Part shown: piece after piece, positions 32,950 to 43,585 of the stretch
How the letters are laid out: each line of letters opens with the position of its first letter
Position numbering within the stretch: the stretch's first letter is position 1
Position numbers and translations under genes: made by a program
Notes under the pieces: model-generated
The model's database searches: none
What the model was told of the DNA's origin: nothing
What the model saw: the letters and a program-made list of their open reading frames with translations, nothing else
From: Leptolyngbyaceae cyanobacterium
Lineage (GTDB): Bacteria; Cyanobacteriota; Cyanobacteriia; Phormidesmidales; Phormidesmidaceae
Reading direction: 5' to 3'
Length of the DNA stretch: 64,000 bases
Assembly: GCA_965263355.1 (NCBI GenBank)
Contig: CBDHHL010000048.1
Coordinates: 96,001-160,000, forward strand

Positions 32950-35900
32950 ATGTGGCTAAAAATTCCGATTGATCTAGAAACCGACGCGGCTAACGTTTAT
33001 CTTTTGCCGGAGTTAGATCGATGGATAGCGCTGGGGCTTTTGTCTAAAGAACAAACCCTCAGTTTGGGGCGTAAGCTGTGTAGCCCTCTGCCCATTGGTT
33101 ACAAAGTTCCGACAGAGGTAACGGAAGAACCTGTCGAGCTTGACCCGGTAACCAGGCCTGAAACTATGGTTACAACATCGGTATCACCAGGTAAGCCAAT
33201 ATTTTCGCGCTTCAAATCCCATCTAGTGCAGTCCTTTTTGGCAGAGGTCAGCGTGCTATGGCTACTGTTTTTGGGTGTGTTTTTAGTGGTGGTATCGTCT
33301 GGGGTATTAGCCGCCAGTCAGTGGCAATCATTTTCAACCGTCGGTCAGTACGGCATTTTATTGGTTTATACCCTTGCTTTTGGTGGTGCCAGCTTCTGGG
33401 CAGCTCGCCAAGCCAAGCTCCAAACAACGGCTCACATGCTTAAGGCTGCGACGTTGCTCTTGATTCCCCTCAACCTATGGATGATGGATGCTCTGGGTTT
33501 AGCCAAGGCTTCAGCAGGGCTAGCTGGTTTAGCAACCATCAGCTTAAGTGCCTTAACCCTGGCATTAGCTCCACATAAAAAAGCCGGGTTGAACTTAATG
33601 GGCTTAAGTTGGCTGCATTGGGGCTGGGGAATTACACCATGGCCACTGATTGCGACATACCTGGGCACAACGGGCAGCGCTATAAATCTGGTTCAAGCAG
33701 TTCCAGAGATTGCAGTTGAAGACAATCGTCAGCCGGAACTTAGATCTGGGGATATTTTAGTTGCGATCGCTCTCCTAATCCTACTGGTACGAAGTGTATG
33801 GATAGCACAAATACCAATGGCTCAGTTGGGATTAGCCATCGGTATTTGTGGCTGGATGCTCTGTCGACTCAGGCAGTATCCCCTATGGCCTCAAATTGGA
33901 GCAGGCTTGATGCTAATTGGCTGGTTAGTAGCGATAGGTCAACAACCGATACAGGCAATCGGGATAAGTGGCCTAGCCAGCTGGCTACTATTGGCACGGC
34001 TACGCCAACAAACTCAGGAACGAGCCCAGCTGCACACATTAGCAATACTATGGCTAGTCGGTTTACAAGCATGCGGCCTGCTGTGGTTGACCTTGCCCCT
34101 AGCGTTCAGACAAGTACTCTTAACAGCCTTAGGTCATCTCAGCCCAGACCCCGTCAGCACTTTACAGTTTGCAGGCCTATGGCTTTATGGCTATGTCAGT
34201 CTAATGCTTATGGCCGCTAGCCAGTTTCAACGCAATGGTCAAACTGCTTGGTCCAGGCTGACGGCCTATCTGGCACTCAGTATCAGTGCCTTATTAGTAC
34301 TCTGGGCATCCCCACAAATCGACTCTGTTTTATTCACCGCTAGTTTGCTTGGTCTGACGCTTACCGTGGGGAGCATTACCCATTTGTATCGTGGCATGAC
34401 TCCCTGGCTGATTTATGGCACTCACAGTGCAGCCGTCGTCACCATCCTCAGCGGCATACATGTACTCAGCCAGGGACTGGGGGGATGGTCTGAACCACAA
34501 TGGGCCATGGTATTGATCGCATTAACAACCCTAGAGTGGCTCAGCAATATCGGCATCCGGCATCTCCAATGGCGACAGTCAGCCTGGTATCTAGGTTTAG
34601 GCCTGGGTGTGATTGCCTATAGTCTGTTATTCAACAACTGGGGTAGTTGGCTCAACCTTATCTGGCTCGTTATCCCTGGAGTCCTGACTGTGTTGGCCTA
34701 CCGACAACCAGTTGTAAGCGGGTCTCCCCAAATCACCAGCAGGCTGACAGTAATTGCCCTAGGTGGACAGCTTTTACTGGTTAGTTCCTGGCCAATGGCA
34801 ACCATTGCATGGTTTATCGGGGCTGGATTGCTATTTCTCCATAGCTGTCGCTGGCCTACCCAGAAAGCGTTGCCAACACTGGCCATAGGGTTTGCTGTAT
34901 GGGGTAGCCATACAGCTAGCATTTGGCTTTGGGCCATGGCTGAGCCATGGCCTAATGTAATCGCCCGACTATGTTTAGTCACTGCCTTATTGGCATCAGC
35001 CCTTAGCCTTCTTGCCCGGTCCTTAGAGTATCGTTCGAAACCGTTACTGCAGGTTTATGGCATCGTCAGTCGTAACTGGGGGCAAGCATTAGCGATCACA
35101 CTAAATCTCAGTCTTACCCTGATCATAGTGCTGATCTATGCCCTGGGGCTGGATTCTATCCACTGGCTTGTGGGCATCCAGTCGACCGAGTGGGTTTTAC
35201 GCTACGGAATCGCCGCCATAATAGTTGTATTGGCTAGCCTTTTTAATAGGCGACGGCTAACCAACCTAAACTTCTGGGAACTAGCCCATGGCATTGGTCT
35301 GCTGGTCACCATGGGCCTACTCCTATGGCGCAAGGAAACGAATCCTCACCTATTGGGAACGGTCATGGTCGCCCTGGCCGTAATCACCCAGCTCATGGGG
35401 ACAGTCTCTGTCGCCAAAAAACAACATCCTTACCCATCAAGCTGGCACTATATTCCCCTGGCCTATGGTGCTTTGGGCTTAGGCTTAAGCCATCTAAGCT
35501 TTACCATAACAACAGGCATCTATGCCGCTGTGGTTGGCATTGTTACTCTGTCCATTGGGAGACGACAGGTAACGTTACACCCCTGGGGTTATGGGGGGCT
35601 GGGTCTGCTTTCCCTGGGGCTCTATGAGCTGATGATCTACCGTCTACTGCAAGCAAGCGGAGGTGCAATTGGGGATGGATTCACGCTACTGGCATGGATG
35701 GGGGGTGCGATCGCAGCCTTCTATTTACTCTGCCACCGTTGGATTCAACGCTACAGCCAACTGTCAGCAACTAACATTGGCATTGTCTCACTGCTCCATT
35801 GGCTACTCGCTGTAGTACTCGCAACTATCGCTATGGTCAGCGGTCACAGTCGCTGGGGACTCGTCCTCTGGCTAGGGATCACTAGCTTATTGGCCCTCTA

Positions 35901-36807
35901 CGCTGAACTTCGGGGTAATTATCGTTGGTTCCCAAATCCTAACCCTAACGCCGAACAACGTCATCAATTTAATCGTATCGATAGCCATAAGCAATGGACC
36001 TGGAGTGGACTGATCATCGCCACCGTTGCCATTCCCTATGGAATCATGCAGACATTACCAAACCTAACCTTTATTAGAGGGTGGGGAGCATTGTTAATTT
36101 GTGGTCTGAGCCTCATTATACATAGGCTGCCATGGCAACAATGGGGCTGGCCCATACGTCCCTGGCAAAAAATGGCATTGAGTTGGCCACTACTCAGCAT
36201 TCTGCTCAGCATCTTTACCATCAAAACCCAGGGTTTGCTACTGGGGGGAGCCTTCTATGCATTCATGGCTAGACGGATCCGGGCAGTGCGTCTCAGCTAT
36301 CTAAGTCTAGCCTTACTCAACTGGGCTCTGATACGTTATCTCCTCGACCAAGGATGGCTAACTCTATTATGGGCAGGCATCATACTAGGCTTATCAGGGT
36401 TGTACATCCTTGAGGTAGATCCTCGCTGGCAAACGATTTCAGCTCGTCAAGAACGGCATCGTTTACGCAGTTTTGCCACCTTACTCATAGGGCTAACAGC
36501 AATTTTTCAGGCCGAAACCGCATCTCCTATTATTATTGGCCTCAGTTTACTGATCAGTTTTGGCTTTATTAGCTTTGGTTTAGCTACCCAAGTACGGGCT
36601 TATCTTTACACAGGTACTCTGACCTTCGCACTGCAGATACTCCGTACCATTGCCATATTTATCAGTACTGATGGCCGTATGCTTTGGGCCATTGGCATCA
36701 TGCTTGGCATCACCCTGATTTGGATTGCGGCCACCTTTGAAGCCCGTCGAACTCAAATTAGTCAGCTACTTAACCAGTGGTCAGAGATGTTGCAAAATTG
36801 GGACTAG
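32950..36807 (+). CDS. Very large polytopic membrane protein (DUF2157-like)
   Basis: 1285 aa, many hydrophobic helices; SVLWLLFLGVFLVVVSSGVLAA and IWIAATFEARR motifs seen in this cyanobacterial family. Confidence 0.75.
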   Translation: MWLKIPIDLETDAANVYLLPELDRWIALGLLSKEQTLSLGRKLCSPLPIGYKVPTEVTEEPVELDPVTRPETMVTTSVSPGKPIFSRFKSHLVQSFLAEVSVLWLLFLGVFLVVVSSGVLAASQWQSFSTVGQYGILLVYTLAFGGASFWAARQAKLQTTAHMLKAATLLLIPLNLWMMDALGLAKASAGLAGLATISLSALTLALAPHKKAGLNLMGLSWLHWGWGITPWPLIATYLGTTGSAINLVQAVPEIAVEDNRQPELRSGDILVAIALLILLVRSVWIAQIPMAQLGLAIGICGWMLCRLRQYPLWPQIGAGLMLIGWLVAIGQQPIQAIGISGLASWLLLARLRQQTQERAQLHTLAILWLVGLQACGLLWLTLPLAFRQVLLTALGHLSPDPVSTLQFAGLWLYGYVSLMLMAASQFQRNGQTAWSRLTAYLALSISALLVLWASPQIDSVLFTASLLGLTLTVGSITHLYRGMTPWLIYGTHSAAVVTILSGIHVLSQGLGGWSEPQWAMVLIALTTLEWLSNIGIRHLQWRQSAWYLGLGLGVIAYSLLFNNWGSWLNLIWLVIPGVLTVLAYRQPVVSGSPQITSRLTVIALGGQLLLVSSWPMATIAWFIGAGLLFLHSCRWPTQKALPTLAIGFAVWGSHTASIWLWAMAEPWPNVIARLCLVTALLASALSLLARSLEYRSKPLLQVYGIVSRNWGQALAITLNLSLTLIIVLIYALGLDSIHWLVGIQSTEWVLRYGIAAIIVVLASLFNRRRLTNLNFWELAHGIGLLVTMGLLLWRKETNPHLLGTVMVALAVITQLMGTVSVAKKQHPYPSSWHYIPLAYGALGLGLSHLSFTITTGIYAAVVGIVTLSIGRRQVTLHPWGYGGLGLLSLGLYELMIYRLLQASGGAIGDGFTLLAWMGGAIAAFYLLCHRWIQRYSQLSATNIGIVSLLHWLLAVVLATIAMVSGHSRWGLVLWLGITSLLALYAELRGNYRWFPNPNPNAEQRHQFNRIDSHKQWTWSGLIIATVAIPYGIMQTLPNLTFIRGWGALLICGLSLIIHRLPWQQWGWPIRPWQKMALSWPLLSILLSIFTIKTQGLLLGGAFYAFMARRIRAVRLSYLSLALLNWALIRYLLDQGWLTLLWAGIILGLSGLYILEVDPRWQTISARQERHRLRSFATLLIGLTAIFQAETASPIIIGLSLLISFGFISFGLATQVRAYLYTGTLTFALQILRTIAIFISTDGRMLWAIGIMLGITLIWIAATFEARRTQISQLLNQWSEMLQNWD

Positions 36808-36899
36808 AAACAGCTAAGCGGCTCTAAACGTCCCTGTAACTGTCAGAGTCATGATTTAACGCTACGCTAAAGATCATAGTTAACCTCGCAGGGTGAACC

Positions 36900-37736
36900 A
36901 TGGAAGCCAATTTGGCAAAGATGCTGACGTTTATCGATGACTATCAGCAAAAGCGGCCTCAGGAATCCTCAATTCAAGTAGTCAGGTCTCTGCGAGCCTA
37001 TACGCGAGCCTCCTATGCGAATAAATTTTGGGAACTGGTAGCGGGCAGCAACCCAAACTTTATCAAAGGGGAACTAGATAACCAATCCGTTGTACTCATG
37101 GGCCAAAGCATTGATTTTGCCCATTTTATGGCAGCTTTATCAGACCAAGCCTGGGGAGGCAACCTAGGGTCTACTCTAAGCGATGGTTTCCTATGGCTAA
37201 CATCAAAGGCATTCACAGGCAGGGGATATGACAGCCGTGAATATACTGCTGCCATTGGCGATACTGCCCAACCTATCGAAGTCTATCTCGATAGATACGG
37301 CCCTCAAGTCTATAAACCAGAAAAGTTAAGTGAGCTTCTCGGCAAATTTGCCTCCGCACAGGACTATGCATCTGATTTAGTGGCCTTTGCTGTAGGGCGA
37401 TTACTGTACGCAAACCCTAGCCTATCTGTTAGAGCTGCCATCCTAGAAGCCAGTTGGTTTAACTATTCAGGTACGGTACGACGTTACCTAGTAGATATGT
37501 TTAGTGCAAAAGTGTCTGCCAAGGGGATTATCGTAAATGGATCGCAGGTCCGTACACGCATCTCTGAACGGGTCCGGGCCTATTTACTGATCAAACGAGA
37601 CATCATTAACGGCAGTATCTTCAATACAACCTATCGACAACGTATTCGTCCTGCCCTGATCGATCATGCCAGCGATTATTTTATTCAGTATCTTCAACAA
37701 GCTTTGGTACATCACCACCAACCCAGTAGTCACTAG
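36900..37736 (+). CDS. Hypothetical protein
   Basis: 278-aa ORF, no family recognised. Confidence 0.75.
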   Translation: MEANLAKMLTFIDDYQQKRPQESSIQVVRSLRAYTRASYANKFWELVAGSNPNFIKGELDNQSVVLMGQSIDFAHFMAALSDQAWGGNLGSTLSDGFLWLTSKAFTGRGYDSREYTAAIGDTAQPIEVYLDRYGPQVYKPEKLSELLGKFASAQDYASDLVAFAVGRLLYANPSLSVRAAILEASWFNYSGTVRRYLVDMFSAKVSAKGIIVNGSQVRTRISERVRAYLLIKRDIINGSIFNTTYRQRIRPALIDHASDYFIQYLQQALVHHHQPSSH

Positions 37737-37812
37737 TATTGCCTCAAGCTCAAAATTTTGAGTAAGACAGCGGATGGTAAATGGTACTTAGAATCCTTCA
37801 GAATAATTCGTC

Positions 37813-37924
37813 AAAAGAAAAATCGGCTCTTCCACAGAGCCGATTCTAAAAAGTCTTTTGACTTTGCGTTTATCTCTCATTTTGGAGGTGGTTGAAAATG
37901 CGGTGTACGCACTGTCTAATCAAG
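37813..37924 (-). ncRNA. Putative small RNA, NsrR1-like
   Basis: Minus-strand TATACT -10 box with an NtcA site just upstream; body ...GTACACCGCATTTTCAACCACCTCC...; terminator AATCGGCTCT-GTGGA-AGAGCCGATT-TTTCTTTT; no ORF. Resemblance to NsrR1 is from memory. Confidence 0.6.
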
Positions 37925-37938
37925 CTCCGCAGTATATT

Positions 37939-37952
37939 GTAACAATCAGTAC
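37939..37952. promoter_or_regulatory. NtcA binding site (GTA-N8-TAC)
   Basis: tGTAacaatcagTACa, 2 nt from the minus-strand -10 box, a repressor-type position. Confidence 0.7.
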
Positions 37953-38207
37953 ACTTTTTTCTGTGATGAATCTTTACTAAATTGCAATAATTTTATAGAG
38001 AAGGTACTCAGTAAAACTACTCAAGCACTGTCAGTAAATGAATCTAACCATCAAATCAAATTAATTAGACGGCAAAAAAAGTCAGGAAATATTGATTTAT
38101 ACATCGTAGAAATGGAGCAGCCAATAACACAGGCAAACTCAGCCTTTGTCGATGATAATGATGAGGGCAATCTAGTTCTGTTACCCCATTACTCTAGATA
38201 TATTTCC

Positions 38208-39143
38208 TTGCAAATTACGTTTCTTGGTACTAGTTCCGGTGTTCCCACTAGGTCACGCAATGTTTCAAGCGTTGCGTTACGGCTACCTCAGCGTGCGGAG
38301 GTATGGTTGTTTGACTGTGGGGAAGGCACTCAACATCAGTTTCTCAGAAGCGATTTAAAGACCAGTCAGATTCGACGGATTTTTGTCACCCACATGCATG
38401 GTGACCATATTTTTGGGTTGATGGGACTACTGGCAAGCTGTGGTTTGGCGGGGAATGTATCGCGGATTGATATCTATGGTCCGCCCAAGTTAAATGAGTA
38501 TTTGCAAGCCTGCCGTCGTTATTCCCAAACCCACTTTTCATATCCGATTAAAGTTCACACAGTAGCGCCTGGCAAGGTATGTGATGATGGCGAGTTTTCA
38601 GTCTATTGCCAACGGTTAGAGCATCGAGTACCTGCCTTTGGCTATCGTATTGTGGAAAAAGATCGAGCCGGTCATTTTGATGTGAAGCGGGCAGCGGCAT
38701 TGGGTATTCCGCCAGGACCAATTTACGGTCGTTTGAAAAGAGGTGAGGCAGTAACCCTGACAGATGGTCGAGTAATCAATGGTTCAGAACTCTGTGGTAA
38801 AACCATTGAGGGACGAAAACTGGTCTATTGCACCGATACGATTTTTTGCGATCGCGCCATCGAACTATCGGAACAGGCCAATGTTCTCATCCACGAGTCC
38901 ACTTTTGCCCATCAAGATGCTGAGCTAGCCTACCAGCGACTCCACTCCACATCCACCATGGCTGCTCAAGTCGCCCTAGCCGCCCAAGTTCAGCAGCTGA
39001 TCCTCACCCACTTTAGCCCCCGTTATGCCCCCGGCAACTCGATTCAACTCAAAGACCTACTCTCAGAAGCCAAAACAATTTTCCCAAACACTCTGATGGC
39101 CCATGATTTCCTTGTCCATGAGATAGAAAGGACAGCCGTTTAG
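38208..39143 (+). CDS. rnz: Ribonuclease Z
   Basis: [42 protein letters not shown] start at 38208 likelier than 38112. Confidence 0.97.
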   Translation: MQITFLGTSSGVPTRSRNVSSVALRLPQRAEVWLFDCGEGTQHQFLRSDLKTSQIRRIFVTHMHGDHIFGLMGLLASCGLAGNVSRIDIYGPPKLNEYLQACRRYSQTHFSYPIKVHTVAPGKVCDDGEFSVYCQRLEHRVPAFGYRIVEKDRAGHFDVKRAAALGIPPGPIYGRLKRGEAVTLTDGRVINGSELCGKTIEGRKLVYCTDTIFCDRAIELSEQANVLIHESTFAHQDAELAYQRLHSTSTMAAQVALAAQVQQLILTHFSPRYAPGNSIQLKDLLSEAKTIFPNTLMAHDFLVHEIERTAV

Positions 39144-39187
39144 TGCCAAGTGAATCCGTAACTTAATCTGTAACCATAAACTTGACG

Positions 39188-39688
39188 TTAATCATGATGG
39201 TAGTCGTTGAGAATTGGAGTCTTACGATTGTCAGTATCATGATCGACATCATAGTCAGCTTGCAGCTCGTCGCAACGGTGACTAGTTAGTCGTGTTTTTA
39301 ATTTCTCAAAATGCACATTATTATTGATGGGCATATGGGGAGCAGGTAGCTGATCATTGGGCCAAGTATCAATATCTCCACAAGGACAAAGCTGAGCCAC
39401 AGGCATTACGGCTTGCATTGCTATTGGAATGCTACAGCGAGCACAATCAGTGATTTCCCACTGGGAAGATAGCAGTTCTTCGATGGTTTCCTTGGCTCCA
39501 TCCAAATAGCAATCACGTCCACCAATGGCCATGATGGTTTTCCAACAGTCTTGAAAGGCACGGCTGAAGTGCTCGCCCTCCAATACAGGTACCGGTCGTT
39601 GAGTAAGCCGACCATTATTGATATGGACAGGCTTACCTAACTGAAACCAGTAAGCTAAATAATGCTGAACGTCTTGTTGGGATGCCAT
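39188..39688 (-). CDS. Conserved cyanobacterial hypothetical protein
   Basis: YLAYWFQLGK, CYLDG, CARC, CPC motifs. Confidence 0.8.
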   Translation of the reverse strand: MASQQDVQHYLAYWFQLGKPVHINNGRLTQRPVPVLEGEHFSRAFQDCWKTIMAIGGRDCYLDGAKETIEELLSSQWEITDCARCSIPIAMQAVMPVAQLCPCGDIDTWPNDQLPAPHMPINNNVHFEKLKTRLTSHRCDELQADYDVDHDTDNRKTPILNDYHHD

Positions 39689-39869
39689 GGACTACCTCGT
39701 ACTGTGAAATAGAGCTTGCTACAGCACGTTGACTGTCACAACTTCATACTAACGCTTCAAGTTTGGAAGTAATAGGACGTTAACCTATTTTCAAAGTATG
39801 TGATGTCTCCACATGATTGAGCGATATGTCTACCCTGCACCGGTAAGGTATGCGCGTTAGCAAATGTCG

Positions 39870-40415
39870 TTAAGAGTTAGGGGGAAGCGGTGTTCCCAGG
39901 TGTTTTAAATCCAAGGCATAGCCACCAGTGACTAAATAGACTTGGGTTGCCACCTCGCCAATCCGACGAACTAAATACCCAAGGCGGTCACGAAACGTAC
40001 GTCCCAATGGATAGGCAGGTACTATACCCCAGCCAGTCTCTTCAGCAACAAAAATCACATCACATACAGGCGGATTAAGCACTGCTATGAGTTCCTCAAT
40101 GCATATTTGCCAAGATATATCGTCTTGATCAAGCTGATTAGCTAGCCAAGTGCCCAAAGAATCGATCAATAAACACCCATCACGGTCAGCTGTTTTAATC
40201 GTCTCCGCTAAGTGATGAGGAACCTCTTTAGTTTGCCAGTTGGACGGTCGACGATTGCGATGTTGTTCAATGCGTTGCTGCCACTCCTCATCAGTAGCTG
40301 ACATGATTGAAGTGGCCACATAAACCACAGGCTTTTGGCTTTGCATTGCCCAGTGTTCAGCCCATTCACTTTTACCAGAACGGGCAGGCCCTGTTACCAA
40401 AATTAGCTGCGGCAT
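39870..40415 (-). CDS. cobU: Adenosylcobinamide kinase / adenosylcobinamide-phosphate guanylyltransferase
   Basis: LVTGPARSGKS, RIEQHRNRRP, EETGWGIVP, FRDRLG. Confidence 0.95.
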   Translation of the reverse strand: MPQLILVTGPARSGKSEWAEHWAMQSQKPVVYVATSIMSATDEEWQQRIEQHRNRRPSNWQTKEVPHHLAETIKTADRDGCLLIDSLGTWLANQLDQDDISWQICIEELIAVLNPPVCDVIFVAEETGWGIVPAYPLGRTFRDRLGYLVRRIGEVATQVYLVTGGYALDLKHLGTPLPPNS

Positions 40416-40665
40416 CAAATCCAGTCATGGTTATACGGCATCTGACCATGGCTGCTGGCATAGCCCTCATATAACCAGGCAATACAAGAAATAACAAAAC
40501 CGACAGCTGGCCCTGCTCCAAAGATAATTAACTCAAAACCGCTCATTGACATGTCCCACGCGTTAATTGTGTGCCAATTATTCCACCGGTACAGTCAAAA
40601 CAACATCAGCACATGCACTCAAAATCAGTCTTGAGTACGTTATAAACACTACGCAAATTATCAGA

Positions 40666-41301
40666 TCAATCTGCAGCCGGGGTACGCCTCTCTAACCACC
40701 AGATAATGAAAATCCATAGAATAACCAAGAAAAGCGCTGCAATTGTAAACTGTGTAACCCAACCAACCAAGGTAGCCAGAGGAATTAAGCGCCCCACAAA
40801 GTACGCTAGACTCACCATAGCAGTGCCCCATAGACTAGCCCCTAACAAATTACACAATAAAAATTTCCAGTAGGGCATGCGGGCAATCCCCGCCAGTGGA
40901 CCGGCAAAAATGCGTAGTAATGCCACAAATCGCCCAAAAATGACGGCTTTATCAGCATTCTGACCAAACTGTTCTCGAATATTGACCAAGGCAGCTTCGT
41001 CAATACGAAAAAAGCTACCTAGTTTTAACAACAATGGCCAACCACCATAAAACCCAATCCAATAGCCTACGCTGTCGCCAATGACTGCACCTGAGATCGC
41101 ACTGATTAACACCCAACGATAAACCAGCTCTTCACTACCGGCCAAAAAACCACCGACTAACGTTACCGTTTCCCCTGGCAGAGGTAGCCCCATATTTTCG
41201 AGCATAATGCCAAAAAAAATGGCCCAGTAACCGTAGTCTTGAGCCAATGCCTGAAGGGTGTCGAGAGAGAAAATATAAAAGGTTAAAAGAACAGGCTGCA
41301 T
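40666..41301 (-). CDS. DedA family membrane protein
   Basis: LENMGLPLPGE, GDSVGYWIG, GRFVALLRIF. Confidence 0.93.
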   Translation of the reverse strand: MQPVLLTFYIFSLDTLQALAQDYGYWAIFFGIMLENMGLPLPGETVTLVGGFLAGSEELVYRWVLISAISGAVIGDSVGYWIGFYGGWPLLLKLGSFFRIDEAALVNIREQFGQNADKAVIFGRFVALLRIFAGPLAGIARMPYWKFLLCNLLGASLWGTAMVSLAYFVGRLIPLATLVGWVTQFTIAALFLVILWIFIIWWLERRTPAAD

Positions 41302-41457
41302 AAAAGTCAGTTTATCTTTCTCTTATCTTATTCTTTCTTTCTTAGAATTGAGGACATGGATACGATCAGTCTCCCAAAAGTTCATCTAAAGAGCATAAAA
41401 AAAACCTCCCTAATGAGAAGGTTTATGACTAAGTTAAAGCCTTAACCTGACTGAACT

Positions 41458-42015
41458 TTAGGCCTGTGAAAAACTAGCCATCGGCGTAGCACCTAACATA
41501 GATTGTGGGAATGTAGGTAGATCAAGACAATGTTGATTACGACGAGTTCTCATGGCTAAACGGTAGCTAACATTTTGTAATTCAGCATTTAGCTGACGAT
41601 TCTCTTGCTGAATGCGAGCTACTCGATTTTTAACCGCCAGCATTCGCTCCGCAAACTTCTGCTTGTAGATTTTAGGGAGTTCTTGAACTACCTGCTCTAA
41701 CATGCGAGTCCGGTCAGTCAGCTCTTGAACAGTCTGGCGCATTTGATGAATTTCTTCATCTCGACTTTCTAGTTGTTCTTGATAAAACGATACCTGAGTT
41801 TCCACACCCTGCAGCTGCTCTCGCAAAGCTCTGACCTCAGCCTGATGACGCTCAGAAACATCTGTTGTTGGTAGAAAGTCTTGATTCCCTTTTACCAGAC
41901 GAAATAGCTCTTGAGACAACTGTTGCACTAGCTGATCTCTCATCTGCAACTCCTCTTGCAAACGAGCCACTTCTACCTGTGCGTCAGACATTCTTAACTT
42001 AGTCAATTGAACCAC
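41458..42015 (-). CDS. Coiled-coil cyanobacterial protein (Npun_F5560-like)
   Basis: RDQLVQQLSQELFRLVKGN, LEQVVQELP.IY..KF, SYRLA. Confidence 0.75.
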   Translation of the reverse strand: MVQLTKLRMSDAQVEVARLQEELQMRDQLVQQLSQELFRLVKGNQDFLPTTDVSERHQAEVRALREQLQGVETQVSFYQEQLESRDEEIHQMRQTVQELTDRTRMLEQVVQELPKIYKQKFAERMLAVKNRVARIQQENRQLNAELQNVSYRLAMRTRRNQHCLDLPTFPQSMLGATPMASFSQA

Positions 42016-42366
42016 GAGATTACTCCTACAGTAAAAAGGGCATCAGACGAAGACCCAAGTGCCCACAAATTTAGCACCATTTTCGTAAAATGCAAGGTTT
42101 TTATTCTGCAGGTTTGTAATTCCCTAAAAACTGAGTAGGCTGCAGACACCCAAAAGGATCTACAGCCTACTCAATCAACAATTTTTTCAGGTCAACCCAA
42201 ATTAGCCAGTACTTGATAGCAAATATGTAGTGCTAGCCTTCGGTCAGAACTTAAGATTGAGTTAGAAGAAGTAACTAATCAGATTAGTTGTGTCGCAAGC
42301 TAACAACTAATCGTCCTAACCGAAATTTCGAACCTGACAACAAAACCTTAAGCATCACCTACCTAT

Positions 42367-42711
42367 CTACGAGCCTAAGGGAGCGGCTTGGGGAGGTGCC
42401 TCATCAACCTCAGATTCTTGTGGCTCATCAACCACTAACGTCAAATAACGAATAATGTCTTCACTGAGACGCATATCACGTTCCATAGGAGCAATCACAT
42501 CCCCTGGGGCCTGGTAATTCATCTGGATGTAAATACCTTCGCGATAGCGGTTGATTTCATAGGAAAGACGGCGCTTACCACGGTGTTGAGTTTCAAACAC
42601 CTCACCTCCTTTCTCCTTAATCATGCCTTGATACTTGCCGATGGCATTATCGACGGCCTCATCACTGATGTCGGGCCGCAAAATGTACATGGTTTCGTAA
42701 AAGTTACTCAT
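42367..42711 (-). CDS. rpsF: 30S ribosomal protein S6
   Basis: YETMYILRPD, RGKRRLSYEI, MRLSEDIIRYL. Confidence 0.98.
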   Translation of the reverse strand: MSNFYETMYILRPDISDEAVDNAIGKYQGMIKEKGGEVFETQHRGKRRLSYEINRYREGIYIQMNYQAPGDVIAPMERDMRLSEDIIRYLTLVVDEPQESEVDEAPPQAAPLGS

Positions 42712-42768
42712 GCTGCTCCTTATGGACTAAATGGCCTGGCATTAGAAATCCGCCAAGCAAGGAGCAAC
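42712..42768 (-). promoter_or_regulatory. S6:S18 ribosomal protein leader RNA
   Basis: Minus strand TTGCTCCTTGC-[hairpin]-GGCCATTTAGTCCATAAGGAGC-ATG; CTCCTT pairs with the AAGGAG Shine-Dalgarno; CCR motif after the inner stem. Confidence 0.75.
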
Positions 42769-42841
42769 TATAATAGCAGAAAGGAGTCAGCAAAAGATAG
42801 GTTTCGAAGCCGCCGCAAACTAACTGGCCAGGGGTAGCACA

Positions 42842-43342
42842 TTAACGAATCTGCATATGAACCGCTTCAGAAATAGTCGGAATTTCTGGATATTGCCCCA
42901 ATAAACACTGATAAACAGAGTAGCCAACCGCAGCTACTCCCCCAAACAATAGAACGTTATAGAACGCATCAGTAATCAGTTCTAAACCGGGCAACTGAAG
43001 CAAGCTCAACAGAAGACCTCCAATGGAAATAATAAAGCCAATTAAAATTGCCTGCAGCGTATTGAAACGAATAAAGTGACTGATATTTGGATTGCGTACA
43101 ACTAAAAGGAACAGCATAAAGAACACTACAAGCGACCCCAACCCAAAGGGCAACAAGCTATAAGCAATCCTAACAGGCGTGGTCAGCAACAAGAGAACAG
43201 TACCCAAAGGAGCTAGCACTGGAAAATTGGAAATCAGCTTAAAAAGGGCTCCACCCACAAAAATAGCGTCAAGCAATGGCAGTAGGTAGGGTAAGCTTCC
43301 GAGTATCTTGTCAGAGGTATCAGTTGTGCTGCGCCAGGTCAT
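42842..43342 (-). CDS. Tic20/Ycf60 family membrane protein
   Basis: MTWRS, LPYLLPL, VVRNPNISHFIRFNTLQA, YPEIPTISEAV. Confidence 0.92.
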   Translation of the reverse strand: MTWRSTTDTSDKILGSLPYLLPLLDAIFVGGALFKLISNFPVLAPLGTVLLLLTTPVRIAYSLLPFGLGSLVVFFMLFLLVVRNPNISHFIRFNTLQAILIGFIISIGGLLLSLLQLPGLELITDAFYNVLLFGGVAAVGYSVYQCLLGQYPEIPTISEAVHMQIR

Positions 43343-43585
43343 AGCAATACTGGAAAAGGAATAAAGTAAAAGAAGCTTTGCAACCAGGCAAAAAGCTGCC
43401 ACTAATTATCCAAAGCTTTCCTCAGCATAGCGCAGCTTCCCGCTAGCGTCTTACGGTTTCCACAAAACCACAAAAATAATAGCCTTGAATATCCTAGGGC
43501 TGACACAAAACAGAGCCCTTACGAAATGATCCATTTTGCAATCGGTTAGTAAATCAGATTTGGTTTTAGACAAACAATGAAACTA

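Noticed and set aside
40419..40665. Possible cobalamin riboswitch upstream of cobU
   Set aside because: Only a weak hairpin; no B12-box or GGGAA/CCCGC core found on the minus strand.
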